Source: Ruminococcus sp. | GTDB lineage: Bacteria > Bacillota > Clostridia > Oscillospirales > Acutalibacteraceae | Direction: 5' to 3' | DNA length: 64,000 bases | NCBI RefSeq assembly: GCF_045129435.1 | Contig: NZ_JBGVJL010000193.1 | Coordinates: forward strand, 20,447-84,446 | Shown: positions 31,229 through 41,775 of the stretch, piece after piece | Numbering within the stretch: position 1 is the first letter of the stretch | Layout of the letters: each line of letters opens with the position of its first letter | Notes under the pieces: generated by a model | What the model saw: only the letters and a program-made list of their open reading frames with translations | The model's database searches: none | What the model was told of the DNA's origin: nothing | Program-made: the position numbers and the translations under genes

Positions 31229-32863
31229 TTAAATCGACGGAGTGTCGGGATATACATCGCACACAAGAATGAACGGCTTATCTGAATCAACAATATTCTT
31301 GATAATCTCCTCAGCCTGCTCATTTGAGTTAGCCTCTGCGTGGTCAATGCCGTAAGCCTCGGCAATCTTGAGAAAATCAGGATCACCCTCAAGAATAGTG
31401 GCACTGTGTCTGTGACCGTAGTGGTTATCCTGAAGCTCACGCACCATACCAAGTCTTGTGTTACGCATAATTATTATTTTAATGTTTAGGTTATTACCTG
31501 CAATAGTTGCAAGCTCGTTTAACTGCATCTGAAAACTGCCGTCACCGCAGACAACAAGCACATCTCTGTTTGGTCTGGCAAACTTTGCACCTATTGCGGC
31601 AGGAACGGAATAACCCATAGTACCCATACCGCCTGTTGTAAGGAATCTGCCCTCACGAATACGGAAGTTGTTTGCACACCAAATCTGATTCTGTCCAACA
31701 TCGGCAACCAAAATTGCCTTTGAACGGAACATTGCACTCAAATGACCCACAAGGGTTCTTGGCTCTACATAGCCGTCAAACTTCGGAGGCTCTCTGAACA
31801 AATCCTTCTTCCATGTTTTAACAGCCTCGCTCCATTGCTTCTGCACCTTGTAGTCGCCAATGTTATCATTGAGCATATCCATAACATTCATCATATCGCC
31901 GACAATCGGAATAGCAGTCTTAACATTCTTTCCGATTTCTGCCGGGTCAATGTCTATATGAATTACAGTTGTTCTTTTACTCATCTGGTCAGGTGCTGCC
32001 ACAGCTCTGTCACCAAGTCTTGCACCGCAAACAATAACCAAATCAGCCTCATGCAAGGCTCTGTTTGCAGCCGGTTTGCCATGAGTACCAAGCATACCAA
32101 GGTACAACTCATGTTCAGACGGCATAACCCCTATACCCATCATTGTAGAAATTACAGGAATACCTGTTTTCTCAGCGAAAGCCTGAAACTTTGGCTTTAC
32201 GCCTGAGCTTAACACGCCGCCGCCCGACACAATAATCGGACGCTTGCAATTTCTGATTGCCTCAACCGCACGCTTTACCTGAACAATATGTCCCTTGGTA
32301 GTTGGCTTGTAACCAATAATGTTTACGGTTTCGGGATATTCAAACTTTTCAATTTCATTCTGCTGAATATCAATAGGAATATCAATAAGCACAGGTCCCG
32401 GTCTGCCGGTTTTGGCAATATGAAAAGCTTCTTTAAAAATTCGTGGCAAATCCTCAGTTTTGCTTACAAGGTAGCTGTGCTTTACAAATGGTTCGCACGC
32501 ACCTGTAATGTCAGCCTCCTGAAATACATCTCTGCCAAGCAGGTCACTGCGTACCTGACCTGTGATTGCAATAATCGGAATAGAATCCTGATAAGCAGTT
32601 GCAATACCAGTAATAAGGTTTGTTGCACCCGGGCCTGAGGTTGCTACACAAACACCGGGAATATCACTACATCTTGCATAACCGCTTGCAGCGTGAGCAG
32701 CGTTCTGCTCCTGACGAACAAGCACATGCTTGATAGATGAATTATAAAGTGAGTCGTAAAAAGGGCAAATAGCCGCACCCGGATATCCGAAAACTACCGA
32801 AACACCCTCGGCTTCCAGACATTTTACCATTATATCGGCACCGTTTATCATTGCTTTCTGCAC
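31229..32863 (-). CDS. ilvB: Acetolactate synthase large subunit
   Basis: FGYPGA, TSGPGATN, DVGQNQ, GDGSFQM TPP motif. Confidence 0.95.
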   Translation of the reverse strand: MQKAMINGADIMVKCLEAEGVSVVFGYPGAAICPFYDSLYNSSIKHVLVRQEQNAAHAASGYARCSDIPGVCVATSGPGATNLITGIATAYQDSIPIIAITGQVRSDLLGRDVFQEADITGACEPFVKHSYLVSKTEDLPRIFKEAFHIAKTGRPGPVLIDIPIDIQQNEIEKFEYPETVNIIGYKPTTKGHIVQVKRAVEAIRNCKRPIIVSGGGVLSSGVKPKFQAFAEKTGIPVISTMMGIGVMPSEHELYLGMLGTHGKPAANRALHEADLVIVCGARLGDRAVAAPDQMSKRTTVIHIDIDPAEIGKNVKTAIPIVGDMMNVMDMLNDNIGDYKVQKQWSEAVKTWKKDLFREPPKFDGYVEPRTLVGHLSAMFRSKAILVADVGQNQIWCANNFRIREGRFLTTGGMGTMGYSVPAAIGAKFARPNRDVLVVCGDGSFQMQLNELATIAGNNLNIKIIIMRNTRLGMVRELQDNHYGHRHSATILEGDPDFLKIAEAYGIDHAEANSNEQAEEIIKNIVDSDKPFILVCDVYPDTPSI

Positions 32864-32993
32864 TCCTGTCCTTTTTAATTAAATAGCCAAGCAAAGCCTA
32901 ACTTTGCTTTACAGATAATTATACTATAATTTATATCAAAAGTAAAGGGTGATAATCCATTACAATCGACTTTTTTCAAAAAAATTTTGCAAT

Positions 32994-33554
32994 TTATCCG
33001 AACACACCAATACCCTCAAGCAATATTTTAATACCGATAAGCACAAGAACAATACCGCCGAATAATTCTGCCTTTGACCTATATTTTGTACCGAACAAAC
33101 TGCCGATTTTTACGCCCACAGCAGAGAAAACAAATGTCACCACACCGATAAATGTAACAGCCGGTACAATCTGCACCTGCAAAAATGCAAATGTAACACC
33201 AACAGCAAGAGCGTCAATACTTGTTGCAATTGCAAGCAAGAGCATTGATTTAACATCCATAGCGGAATTAACTTCCTCATCCTTGCCAAATGATTCTTTA
33301 ATCATATTTCCGCCGATAAGTGCAAGAAGTACGAACGCTACCCAATGGTCGTACTGCTCAATCATTTCTGCAAAAAAGCTGCCTAAAAAATAACCGATAA
33401 GCGGCATAAGTGCCTGAAATCCACCAAACCAAGCTCCTGCAATGCACATATGCTTGGTTTTGATTTTTCCAAGTGAAAGTCCCTTACAAATAGATACTGC
33501 AAAAGCGTCCATTGAAAGTCCGACCGCAAGAATAAAAAGCTCTATTAAGCTCAT
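32994..33554 (-). CDS. mntP: Manganese efflux pump MntP
   Basis: [25 protein letters not shown]. Confidence 0.95.
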   Translation of the reverse strand: MSLIELFILAVGLSMDAFAVSICKGLSLGKIKTKHMCIAGAWFGGFQALMPLIGYFLGSFFAEMIEQYDHWVAFVLLALIGGNMIKESFGKDEEVNSAMDVKSMLLLAIATSIDALAVGVTFAFLQVQIVPAVTFIGVVTFVFSAVGVKIGSLFGTKYRSKAELFGGIVLVLIGIKILLEGIGVFG

Positions 33555-33679
33555 ACCAAATCCTCCAGATACATTTTCATAAATACATTTCTATAAATTT
33601 ATGCGATAAAATAGTTAAGTATTAAATCGCTTGCCTTGTTTTAATTAAAACAGGTTTTTAATGTTGGGATTACATTGAT

Positions 33680-34161
33680 AAATTATGGTTTAGCAACGGT
33701 CGGAAATTTTTATTTGAATTAGCACAGACTTTATACTCGAAAACAAAAATTTGGTCAACCTTTTTCAAAGGTTGTGGGTGTGGGCAAAGCCCACAAAACT
33801 TTTAGCTAACGCAAAATTTTGATAGCCAAACAGCTTTCTGTTTGGCGGCTTAAATGCAACGGCGATAGCTTTATAATTGCGATAGCATCACAAAAAAGCC
33901 ATTATTCTTTATAAACAAATTATTTCTTTTAAAGGCCTGTCACCTGTTTTTTCAAACCTTGCTTTAGCACACAAACAGCGTCGCTGTTTGTGCCTTATAA
34001 ATTGTAATAGACACAACCTTTCTTGGGCTTTGCCCAAACCCACGAGCCTTTAAAAAGGCTCGATCTAAATTTTTTGTTCGAGTAGAGAGTGTATGCAATT
34101 TCAACCTTTTAACTCCCGACCGGTGCTAAACCATAATTTACCCCAACTCATTGATAAAACC
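33680..34161 (-). repeat. Copy 3 (inverted) of non-coding quasi-palindromic element, with intact TIRs
   Basis: Left AAATTATGGTTTAGCAACGGTCGG (33680-33703) and right CCGACCGGTGCTAAACCATAATTT (34116-34139): 24-bp inverted repeat with one mismatch. Confidence 0.9.
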
Positions 34162-34205
34162 AAAAAAGACTCGCAGACAACCCCCTTGTGCTGTCTGTGA
34201 GTCTC
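34162..34205 (-). terminator. Riboswitch expression-platform terminator
   Basis: Minus strand AGACTCACAGACAGC...GTTGTCTGCGAGTCT followed by TTTTT; overlaps the 3' strand of the aptamer. Confidence 0.8.
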
Positions 34206-34288
34206 ATCATTTAAAATATTACCGGGTGAAATTCACCAGTATGTCGATAATACTATACGCAAATGCGTACCGATTACTCCCTCTTAAC
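34196..34288 (-). ncRNA. yybP-ykoY manganese riboswitch
   Basis: Minus strand AAGAGGGAGTA...ATCGACATACTGG...CCGGT...GATGAGACTC, upstream of mntP. Confidence 0.85.
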
Positions 34289-34328
34289 AATAAAAATCAG
34301 GAATATTTATACAACTGAATTGTAATTT

Positions 34329-34655
34329 TTAAAGTCCCATAACCAAGCCATAAGGCCAGGCAATCAATCCGCCAATATCATAAATATTGGTGTAGCCGAG
34401 CTTGCACAATGTTTGTGCTGCCATTTTGCTACGACTGCCTGTTCTGCAATAAACCACAAGCATAGAATCCTTAGCCGGTATATTCTCTTTTGCAAGGTTC
34501 TCTGTAATGTCATCTACAGGAAAAAGAACAGCGTTCTTTAAATGTCCTGTGGCATACTCCTCTTCCTCACGCACATCGAGAATAACACAATCAGGATTTT
34601 CATCTATAAGTTTTTTTGCATCCTCAAAGCTGTTTACAGTATGAATTATACACAT
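34329..34655 (-). CDS. Rhodanese-like domain protein
   Basis: ILDVRE.EEY..GH, VYCRTG.RS. Confidence 0.9.
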   Translation of the reverse strand: MCIIHTVNSFEDAKKLIDENPDCVILDVREEEEYATGHLKNAVLFPVDDITENLAKENIPAKDSMLVVYCRTGSRSKMAAQTLCKLGYTNIYDIGGLIAWPYGLVMGL

Positions 34656-34660
34656 TTATA

Positions 34661-35926
34661 TCACTTAGTTTTTCCAATATCGTGGCGGAAGTGCATACCT
34701 TCAAAGCTGATTTTATCAACCGCTGCATATGCCTTTGCAAGTGCCTCATCAAGAGTTGGGGCAGTTGCAGTCACACCAAGAACTCGTCCGCCGTTGGTGT
34801 AGAATTTGCCATTCTCATACTTTGTACCGGCATGATAAACAGTTGCACCCTCGACCTGTCCGTTTTCGTCCATACCGAACATTTCAATGCCCTTTTTGTA
34901 TGCAACAGGATAACCGCCGCTTGCCATAACTACGCAGGCAGCCGCACCGTTGTCCCATTCAATATCAAGGTCAGCAAGCTTTTCATCAATAACAGCCTCG
35001 CAAATATCCACAAGGTCAGTTTTAAGTCTTGGAAGAACTACCTGTGCCTCAGGGTCACCAAAACGAGCGTTGTACTCAATTACCTTAGGGCCGTTTGGTG
35101 TAATCATAAGTCCAAAGTAAAGACAGCCTTTGAATGGTCTGCCCTCAGCCACCATAGCGTTAATTGTAGGAATAAAGATTGTATCCATACATTCCTTTGC
35201 AATCTCGTCTGTATAATAAGGGTTAGGGCTGATTGTGCCCATACCGCCTGTGTTGAGTCCCTCGTCATTATCGTATGCTCTCTTGTGGTCTTTTGAGCTT
35301 ACCATAGGCTTTACGCACTTGCCATCTGTAAATGCAAGAACAGAAACCTCAGGACCTGTCAAAAATTCCTCGATAACAATTCTGTTGCCGGATTCGCCGA
35401 ACTGCTTATCCTCCATAATGGACTTAACAGCGTCAATAGCCTCCTCAACAGTCTGAGCAATAATAACACCCTTACCAAGTGCAAGACCGTCAGCCTTTAC
35501 AACGATAGGAGCAGTATTTTCTGCCTTTAAATATTCAATAGCACTCTCTGCATTATCAAAGGTTTCATACTTTGCGGTAGGAATACCGTACTTTTTCATC
35601 AAATCCTTTGAAAATACCTTAGAAGCCTCAATTACAGCAGCGTTTGCATTAGGGCCAAAAGCTCTTATGCCGGCAGCCTGAAATGCGTCAACAAGACCTG
35701 CCGCAAGCGGATCATCAGGAGCAACAAAAGCAAGGTCAATGTCCTTTTCCTTAGCAAATGCCACAAGTGCTTCCTTGTCCATAACGCCAATGTTTACAGT
35801 TTCTGCATCTCTTGAAATACCGCCGTTGCCGGGTGCACAATAAAGCTTTGTACATTTAGGGCTTTCAAGAAGTTTTTTAATAAGAGCGTGCTCTCTGCCG
35901 CCTGAGCCAATCATTAAAATATTCAT
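34661..35926 (-). CDS. purD: Phosphoribosylamine-glycine ligase
   Basis: GSGGREHA, KADGLALGKGV, NTGGMG, EYNARFGDPE. Confidence 0.97.
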   Translation of the reverse strand: MNILMIGSGGREHALIKKLLESPKCTKLYCAPGNGGISRDAETVNIGVMDKEALVAFAKEKDIDLAFVAPDDPLAAGLVDAFQAAGIRAFGPNANAAVIEASKVFSKDLMKKYGIPTAKYETFDNAESAIEYLKAENTAPIVVKADGLALGKGVIIAQTVEEAIDAVKSIMEDKQFGESGNRIVIEEFLTGPEVSVLAFTDGKCVKPMVSSKDHKRAYDNDEGLNTGGMGTISPNPYYTDEIAKECMDTIFIPTINAMVAEGRPFKGCLYFGLMITPNGPKVIEYNARFGDPEAQVVLPRLKTDLVDICEAVIDEKLADLDIEWDNGAAACVVMASGGYPVAYKKGIEMFGMDENGQVEGATVYHAGTKYENGKFYTNGGRVLGVTATAPTLDEALAKAYAAVDKISFEGMHFRHDIGKTK

Positions 35927-35942
35927 ATTGTCACCCCGCAGA

Positions 35943-37118
35943 TTAATGGTGGAAAAGTCTGATGCCTGTAAATGACATAGTCATTCCGTACTTATTGCAG
36001 GTATCAATTACATTGTCATCTCTTATTGAGCCACCGGGCTGTGCAACATACTGTACGCCTGAACGCTTAGCTCTCTCAATGTTGTCGCCGAATGGGAAGA
36101 ATGCGTCTGAGCCGAGTGAAACGCCGCTGAATGTTGCAAGCCACTCTTTCTTTTCTTCTCTTGTAAGAGGCTCCGGCTTAGTCTTGAAGAACTGCTCCCA
36201 AACACCGTCAGCAAGTACATCCTCATAATCATCAGAAATATAAACATCAATAGTGTTATCTCTGTCCGGTCTGCGAATATTATCAACAAATGGAAGGTTA
36301 AGAACCTTTGGATGCTGTCTTAAGAACCAAATGTCAGCCTTATTGCCTGCAAGACGGGTACAGTGAATTCTTGACTGCTGACCGGCACCAACACCGATAG
36401 CCTGACCACCCTTTGCATAGCAAACAGAGTTTGACTGAGTATATTTAAGAGTAATAAGAGCAATAAGGAGGTCACGCTTAGCTTCCTCTGTAAGCTCCTT
36501 GTTCTCTGTAACAATATTCTGCATGAGCATAGATTCGTCAATCTTAAGCTCGTTTCTGCCCTGCTCAAATGTTACGCCGAATACATCTTTATGCTCAATA
36601 GGAGCAGGAACATAGTTCGGATCAATTTTTACAATGTTATATGTGCCTCTACGCTTTGTCTTGAGCACCTCAAGAGCTTCTGCTGTATAGTCAGGAGCGA
36701 TAATACCGTCAGAAACCTCTCTCTGTAAAAGCTTTGCAGTCTGAACATCGCAAGTATCTGAAAGTGCAACCCAGTCACCATATGATGACATTCTGTCTGC
36801 ACCTCTTGCTGCTGCATATGCAGAGGCGATTGGTGAAAGCTCCAAATCGTCAACAAAATAAATTTTCTTTAATGTGTCAGAAAGCTCTGTGGCTACTGCC
36901 GCACCTGCCGGGCTTACATGCTTGAAAGATGCAGCTGCGGGTAAGCCTGTGGCTGCTTTAAGCTCACGCACAAGCTGCCATGAGTTGAACGCATCAAGAA
37001 AATTAATGTAACCCGGTTTGCCGTTGAGTACCTCAACAGGAAGCTCGCCCTCGTTCATATAAATTCTTGAAGGCTTCTGATTAGGGTTACAACCGTATTT
37101 AAGTGCAAGTTCCTTCAT
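35943..37118 (-). CDS. purH: AICAR formyltransferase (PurH C-terminal domain only)
   Basis: LKYGCNPNQ, SFKHVSPAG, SDAFFPF, QPGGSIRD; lacks the MGS-like IMP cyclohydrolase domain. Confidence 0.9.
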   Translation of the reverse strand: MKELALKYGCNPNQKPSRIYMNEGELPVEVLNGKPGYINFLDAFNSWQLVRELKAATGLPAAASFKHVSPAGAAVATELSDTLKKIYFVDDLELSPIASAYAAARGADRMSSYGDWVALSDTCDVQTAKLLQREVSDGIIAPDYTAEALEVLKTKRRGTYNIVKIDPNYVPAPIEHKDVFGVTFEQGRNELKIDESMLMQNIVTENKELTEEAKRDLLIALITLKYTQSNSVCYAKGGQAIGVGAGQQSRIHCTRLAGNKADIWFLRQHPKVLNLPFVDNIRRPDRDNTIDVYISDDYEDVLADGVWEQFFKTKPEPLTREEKKEWLATFSGVSLGSDAFFPFGDNIERAKRSGVQYVAQPGGSIRDDNVIDTCNKYGMTMSFTGIRLFHH

Positions 37119-37151
37119 TGGAGTTCATCCTTTCGTAATCAGATTATTATA

Positions 37152-37868
37152 TTACTTATTCTTATTAATAATTCTTGACTCTGCTGTGTCTGTAGCAATG
37201 TCAATGTAGCGAACAAAAAGTGAAACCTTGTTGTCCTCATCAAGTGCATTCCACACCTTTTGAGCAAAGGTATCAATATCATCATTGCCAATCTCTACAA
37301 GTGTAGGTTCACCCTCAAAGCTTGGAAGTGGAGTGCCGTCACCCATATATGTGTGAATATATCTGCCAAGGCCCTGTAAAGGAGTTGAATACATAAAAGT
37401 ATATCTCTGACAGCTGTCAGGAATACCATCTGCACTCTTGAGAATAGACATAGCATATTCCATAACACCGCCGCTGCACTTTACAATACCCGAAATACGA
37501 GGTGTATAGTTAGGACCGTCAGGCTCGAACTCTCTTGTACGGAGTGATTCCTCAAATGTTTCACCCTCGTTCATAAGCTCATAGATTGTGTCTGTCTGAT
37601 CACCGTTTGTAACAATAGTTTTGTTGTCAAGCTTTCTTACAGGTGAGTAGATGATAAGCGATGGGTCAATAAGCTTTGATTCGTCAAAAGCCTGAGTCTT
37701 AATACCATCCTCAGTTTCAACAAAAATTCTGTTTCTGCTGTTTTCGCTTCTGCCCATAATAAAGTAAGCAATTACAGCCTTTGTGCCGTCAGCACTTCTG
37801 CCTATTACAATTCCTCTGCCCGGATATGTGACAGAAGAAATTTCTTTTTCAAGTGAAATTGGTTTCAT
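37152..37868 (-). CDS. Stand-alone IMP cyclohydrolase (PurO-like)
   Basis: YPGRGI, YFIMGRS.NSRNR, TNGDQTD, FEPD.PNYTPRISG; lies between purN and the truncated purH. Confidence 0.82.
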   Translation of the reverse strand: MKPISLEKEISSVTYPGRGIVIGRSADGTKAVIAYFIMGRSENSRNRIFVETEDGIKTQAFDESKLIDPSLIIYSPVRKLDNKTIVTNGDQTDTIYELMNEGETFEESLRTREFEPDGPNYTPRISGIVKCSGGVMEYAMSILKSADGIPDSCQRYTFMYSTPLQGLGRYIHTYMGDGTPLPSFEGEPTLVEIGNDDIDTFAQKVWNALDEDNKVSLFVRYIDIATDTAESRIINKNK

Positions 37869-37881
37869 TGTTTACCTCCGA

Positions 37882-38508
37882 TTATTCAGCAATTACAGTA
37901 GTATTGCCGTTTACCTTTATTTTATCTTCGCAGAAGAGCGAAACAGCCTTTGGGAGTATCTTCCACTCCGCCTGCTCCATAACTCGTTTCTGCAAAACTT
38001 CGGGTGTATCACCGTTTTTAATTTCAACAGCCTTCTGAATGATAATTGGACCGCCGTCACAAACCTCATTAACAAAATGTGCTGTTGCACCTGTCACCTT
38101 AACCCCCCTTGCAAGTGCCTGCTCATGAACCTTGAGTCCGTAAAAGCCTTCACCGCAAAATGACGGAATAAGTGACGGATGAATATTTATAATTCTGTTT
38201 TCAAAAGCTCTGATTACACCTGTGCCAAGAATTGTCATAAATCCTGCAAGCACAATTAAATCAGCGTTCTTTGACTTTAAAAGCTCAGTTAATGCCTTGT
38301 CATACTCGTCAAGGCTTGCATAATCCTTTCTGCGGATTATGTCAGTATCAATGTTGTGATTTTTAGCTCTCTCAAGTGCATACGCATTTGGATTTGAAGA
38401 AATAACGCAGGTAATTTTACCGCCCTTTATTTCTCCTCTTTCAGATGCGTCAATGAGAGCCTGTAGATTTGTGCCGCCACCCGACACGAGAACAACAATA
38501 TTTTTCAT
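37882..38508 (-). CDS. purN: Phosphoribosylglycinamide formyltransferase
   Basis: SGGGTNLQA, INIHPSL, GATAHFV...DGGPII. Confidence 0.95.
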   Translation of the reverse strand: MKNIVVLVSGGGTNLQALIDASERGEIKGGKITCVISSNPNAYALERAKNHNIDTDIIRRKDYASLDEYDKALTELLKSKNADLIVLAGFMTILGTGVIRAFENRIINIHPSLIPSFCGEGFYGLKVHEQALARGVKVTGATAHFVNEVCDGGPIIIQKAVEIKNGDTPEVLQKRVMEQAEWKILPKAVSLFCEDKIKVNGNTTVIAE

Positions 38509-39542
38509 TATTCAAATACAACTCCGTCGTTGCCCTCTACTACTTCACCGATAATTACAGCATCCTCACCATTTGCCTTGAGTACTTCAAGAGCCTTGTC
38601 TGCATCGTTCTTGTCAACAGCAACGAGCATACCAACACCCATATTAAATGTATTGAACATATCATGCTCAGAAATGCCGCCAACTCTCTGAATAAGATCA
38701 AAGATTGGAAGAACAGGAACTGCACTCTTGTTAATCTTAGCAGAAAGGCCGTCATTTAACATACGAGGAATGTTCTCGTAGAAGCCGCCGCCTGTGATGT
38801 GAGAAACAGCCTTAACCTCAACCTCTTTCATGAGAGCAAAGAGAGGCTTTACATATATTTTAGTAGGAGTAAGAAGAGTTTCGCCAAGAGTTTTGTCAAG
38901 CTCAGGATAAGTATTATTGATTGTTTCTTCGTTGATGTCAAACACCTTTCTTACAAGTGAGAAACCGTTTGAATGAACACCGGAAGAACGGAGAGCAACC
39001 AAAACATCGCCTGCTTTAAGCTTTGAGCCGTCAATCATCTTTGGCTTGTCTGCAAGACCTACGCAGAAGCCTGCAACATCGTACTCGTCAACAGGCATAA
39101 GACCCGGATGCTCAGCAGTTTCGCCGCCGATAAGGGCACACTCAGACATAACACAACCGTCTGCAACGCCCTTAACAATCTCAGCAACCTTTTCAGGGTA
39201 GTTCTTGCCGATTGCAATGTAATCGAGAAAGAACAATGGCTTTGCACCACAGCAGATTACATCATTAACGCACATTGCAACTGCGTCAATACCAATGGTG
39301 TCGTGCTTATCCATAAGGAAAGCAAGCTTAATTTTTGTACCGACACCGTCTGTACCGCTAACGAGTACAGGCTCTGTCATACCGCTTACATTTGGGGCAA
39401 AAAGACCGCCAAAGCCGCCAATGCCTGAAACAACGCCGTCAATTTTTGTACGAGCAACATGCTGCTTCATAAGTTCAACTGACTTGTAGCCTGCTGTTAC
39501 ATCAACACCTGCTGCCTTGTAGCTCTCTGAAAAACTCTTCAT
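38508..39542 (-). CDS. purM: AIR synthase
   Basis: [35 protein letters not shown]. Confidence 0.96.
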   Translation of the reverse strand: MKSFSESYKAAGVDVTAGYKSVELMKQHVARTKIDGVVSGIGGFGGLFAPNVSGMTEPVLVSGTDGVGTKIKLAFLMDKHDTIGIDAVAMCVNDVICCGAKPLFFLDYIAIGKNYPEKVAEIVKGVADGCVMSECALIGGETAEHPGLMPVDEYDVAGFCVGLADKPKMIDGSKLKAGDVLVALRSSGVHSNGFSLVRKVFDINEETINNTYPELDKTLGETLLTPTKIYVKPLFALMKEVEVKAVSHITGGGFYENIPRMLNDGLSAKINKSAVPVLPIFDLIQRVGGISEHDMFNTFNMGVGMLVAVDKNDADKALEVLKANGEDAVIIGEVVEGNDGVVFE

Positions 39543-39559
39543 CTTCAATCACTCCAGAT

Positions 39560-41011
39560 TTATTTTTTATTAATTTTCTTTGCGAATTTATCAACAAACA
39601 TAGTTCTCGGAATTTCCGCAGGATATTCACCGGTAAAGCAACCGTCGCAAAATCCCACATCTGCACCCTCGGCAATCTGATTAAGACCTGAAACGCTGAG
39701 ATATCCGAGTGAATCGGCACCGATTTCCTTGCAGATTTCTTCCTTTGAAAGCTTATTTGCAATAAGCGACTCCTTGTTGTGTATATCCATACCGAAATAG
39801 CATGGGCATACAAAAGGCGGAGAGCTTATAAGCATATGAACCTCTTTTGCACCTGCGTCACGCAAAAGCCTTACAATGTGGTTTGCGGTTTCACCACGCA
39901 CAATAGAGTCATCAACAATAATAATTCTCTTTCCGCTTACATTTGCTTTAAGAGCAGTAAGTCTTGTTCTGAGAAGTCTTTTCTTTTTATCCTTACCTGT
40001 ACCGACAGTTCTGCCGATGTACTTATTCTTTACAAAGCCTGTACCATACGGAATACCGGAAGCCTTTGCATAGCCCTGAGCCGCAATAATTCCGGAATCA
40101 GGAACACCGCACACCATATCTGCCTCAATAGGATGTTCGTTATAAAGCAGTTCGCCTGCCTTAAATCTTGCATTGTGAACGCTTACACCGTCAATCACAC
40201 TGTCCGGACGAGCAACATAAACATATTCAAAAATACACATAGATGTATTAAATGCCTTAATTCTTGACTTATAGCTGTGAAAGCCGGTTTCATCAACTAC
40301 AACCATTTCGCCCGGTTCAACATCACGCACAAATTCACCGCCAAGGCTGTCAATTACGCAGCTTTCCGATGCAAAAATGTAGCTGTTGTTAAGCTTACCG
40401 ATACAAAGAGGACGAAAGCCGTTTTTATCTCTAAAGCCAATAAGTCTTGACGGACCGCACAAAACTGCGGAATATGCTCCTTCAAGCTTATCCATAGCAA
40501 AAAGCACAGCTGTTTCAAGGTCATTTGTAGTGCAACGCTCTGTTGCAATTACATAGGACATAACCTCAACATTTGAGTTTGACTGGAAAATAGCACCGCC
40601 ATGCTCAAGCTGCTGACGGATTTCAGCAAAGTTTGTAATTGCACCGTTACTTGCGATAGCAAGCGATCCTGCAATATACCTCATAACAAGCGGCTGATTT
40701 GCTGCTCTGTCAAGGCTTTCGTGAGCACTGTAGCGTACATGACCTATGGCAATGTTACCGTCGCCAAGCTTGTCAAGAGCCTTGTCATTAAAAACCTCGG
40801 AAACCATACCAAACTCTTTTACAGTAGTGAAGTTTTCGTTGTTATTTACAGTAATACCTGCACTTACCTGTCCCCTATGCTGAAGTCCGTAAAGAGCCTC
40901 ACGAGTAAGGGAAGCTATGTTGAAATCGTCACTGCTGTCTTTGTAAACACCGAACACGCCACATTCGTCATTTACCTTGTCTTTATCATATATATCAACA
41001 TACTTAATCAA
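39560..41011 (-). CDS. purF: Amidophosphoribosyltransferase (operon copy, divergent motifs)
   Basis: Propeptide then ECGVFG, LQHRGQ, GHVRY, GVPDSG, DDSIVRG and four Fe-S Cys. Confidence 0.88.
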   Translation of the reverse strand: MIKYVDIYDKDKVNDECGVFGVYKDSSDDFNIASLTREALYGLQHRGQVSAGITVNNNENFTTVKEFGMVSEVFNDKALDKLGDGNIAIGHVRYSAHESLDRAANQPLVMRYIAGSLAIASNGAITNFAEIRQQLEHGGAIFQSNSNVEVMSYVIATERCTTNDLETAVLFAMDKLEGAYSAVLCGPSRLIGFRDKNGFRPLCIGKLNNSYIFASESCVIDSLGGEFVRDVEPGEMVVVDETGFHSYKSRIKAFNTSMCIFEYVYVARPDSVIDGVSVHNARFKAGELLYNEHPIEADMVCGVPDSGIIAAQGYAKASGIPYGTGFVKNKYIGRTVGTGKDKKKRLLRTRLTALKANVSGKRIIIVDDSIVRGETANHIVRLLRDAGAKEVHMLISSPPFVCPCYFGMDIHNKESLIANKLSKEEICKEIGADSLGYLSVSGLNQIAEGADVGFCDGCFTGEYPAEIPRTMFVDKFAKKINKK

Positions 41012-41508
41012 AGCTCTGCCACCTTAAGCTGCATAGCCTCATCTTTTTTGGCTACGCCTTCTTCCATATCTGCTTTCATTTTTTCAAGCTTTTCTGCGAG
41101 GTCATCGTCAGAAAGAGCAAGCATTTCAATAGCGAGAATTGCAGCGTTTGCAGCACCGTCAACAGCTACTGTAGCTACCGGAATACCTGTTGGCATCATA
41201 ACTGTTGCAAGCAAAGCGTCCATACCGTCAAAAGCGGCTGATTTGCAAGGAATGCCGATTACAGGCAATGTTGTTTTTGCTGCAAGCACACCGGCAAGAT
41301 GAGCAGCCATACCTGCTGCGGCAATGATTACTCCAAAGCCATTCTTCTTAGCGTTGCTTGAAAACTCAATAGCAGCGTCAGGAGTTCTGTGTGCACTCAT
41401 AACATGCACTTCATATGGAACACCAAATTCCTTTAGCTTTGTGACAGCCTTTGAAACTACAGGGAAATCACTGTCAGAACCCATAATAATAGCAACCTTT
41501 TTCATCAT
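41008..41508 (-). CDS. purE: N5-CAIR mutase / AIR carboxylase PurE
   Basis: IMGSDSD, SAHRTP, AAHLAG, PVIGIP, PVATV. Confidence 0.95.
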   Translation of the reverse strand: MMKKVAIIMGSDSDFPVVSKAVTKLKEFGVPYEVHVMSAHRTPDAAIEFSSNAKKNGFGVIIAAAGMAAHLAGVLAAKTTLPVIGIPCKSAAFDGMDALLATVMMPTGIPVATVAVDGAANAAILAIEMLALSDDDLAEKLEKMKADMEEGVAKKDEAMQLKVAEL

Positions 41509-41775
41509 TACACTCCTTAACTTTTACAAGCACCGCCTAAACGGTGGTATAATTGTTTCGGCAAAGCGTCCCTTAAAGGGTAAAAGTCTTTACCATAAAA
41601 TCACTTTAATTACCATTATATAAAAAATCAGAATAAAATGCAATATGTGACAGGAATTATTTTGATTTTCATTACCAAAGTTATAACATAAAAGTAAAAT
41701 TTCCCCAATAAAGCAAGTAATCCGCCACTTAACAATGACGGATTACAACATAATTATTCTTTTAAACATTTATAA

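Noticed and set aside
32864..32993. T-box upstream of ilvB
   Set aside because: The gap is only 130 nt and has no GGTGGNACC T-box motif.
33679..34140. TA target-site duplication (IS630/mariner-like) around the element
   Set aside because: TA flanks copies 2 and 3 but not the right end of copy 1, and the shared CCCCAACT tail beyond it means the true ends are undefined without an empty site.
40601..41302. 233-aa + strand ORF and similar antisense ORFs (29962-30537, 34616-35296, 39779-40267, 54418-54972)
   Set aside because: Shadow frames opposite well-supported housekeeping genes, with no recognisable motifs.
41509..41640. Purine or ZTP riboswitch upstream of purE
   Set aside because: Small hairpins are present, but I could not find the conserved purine (TATGG...GTTTCTAC...CCGTAAA) or ZTP core.
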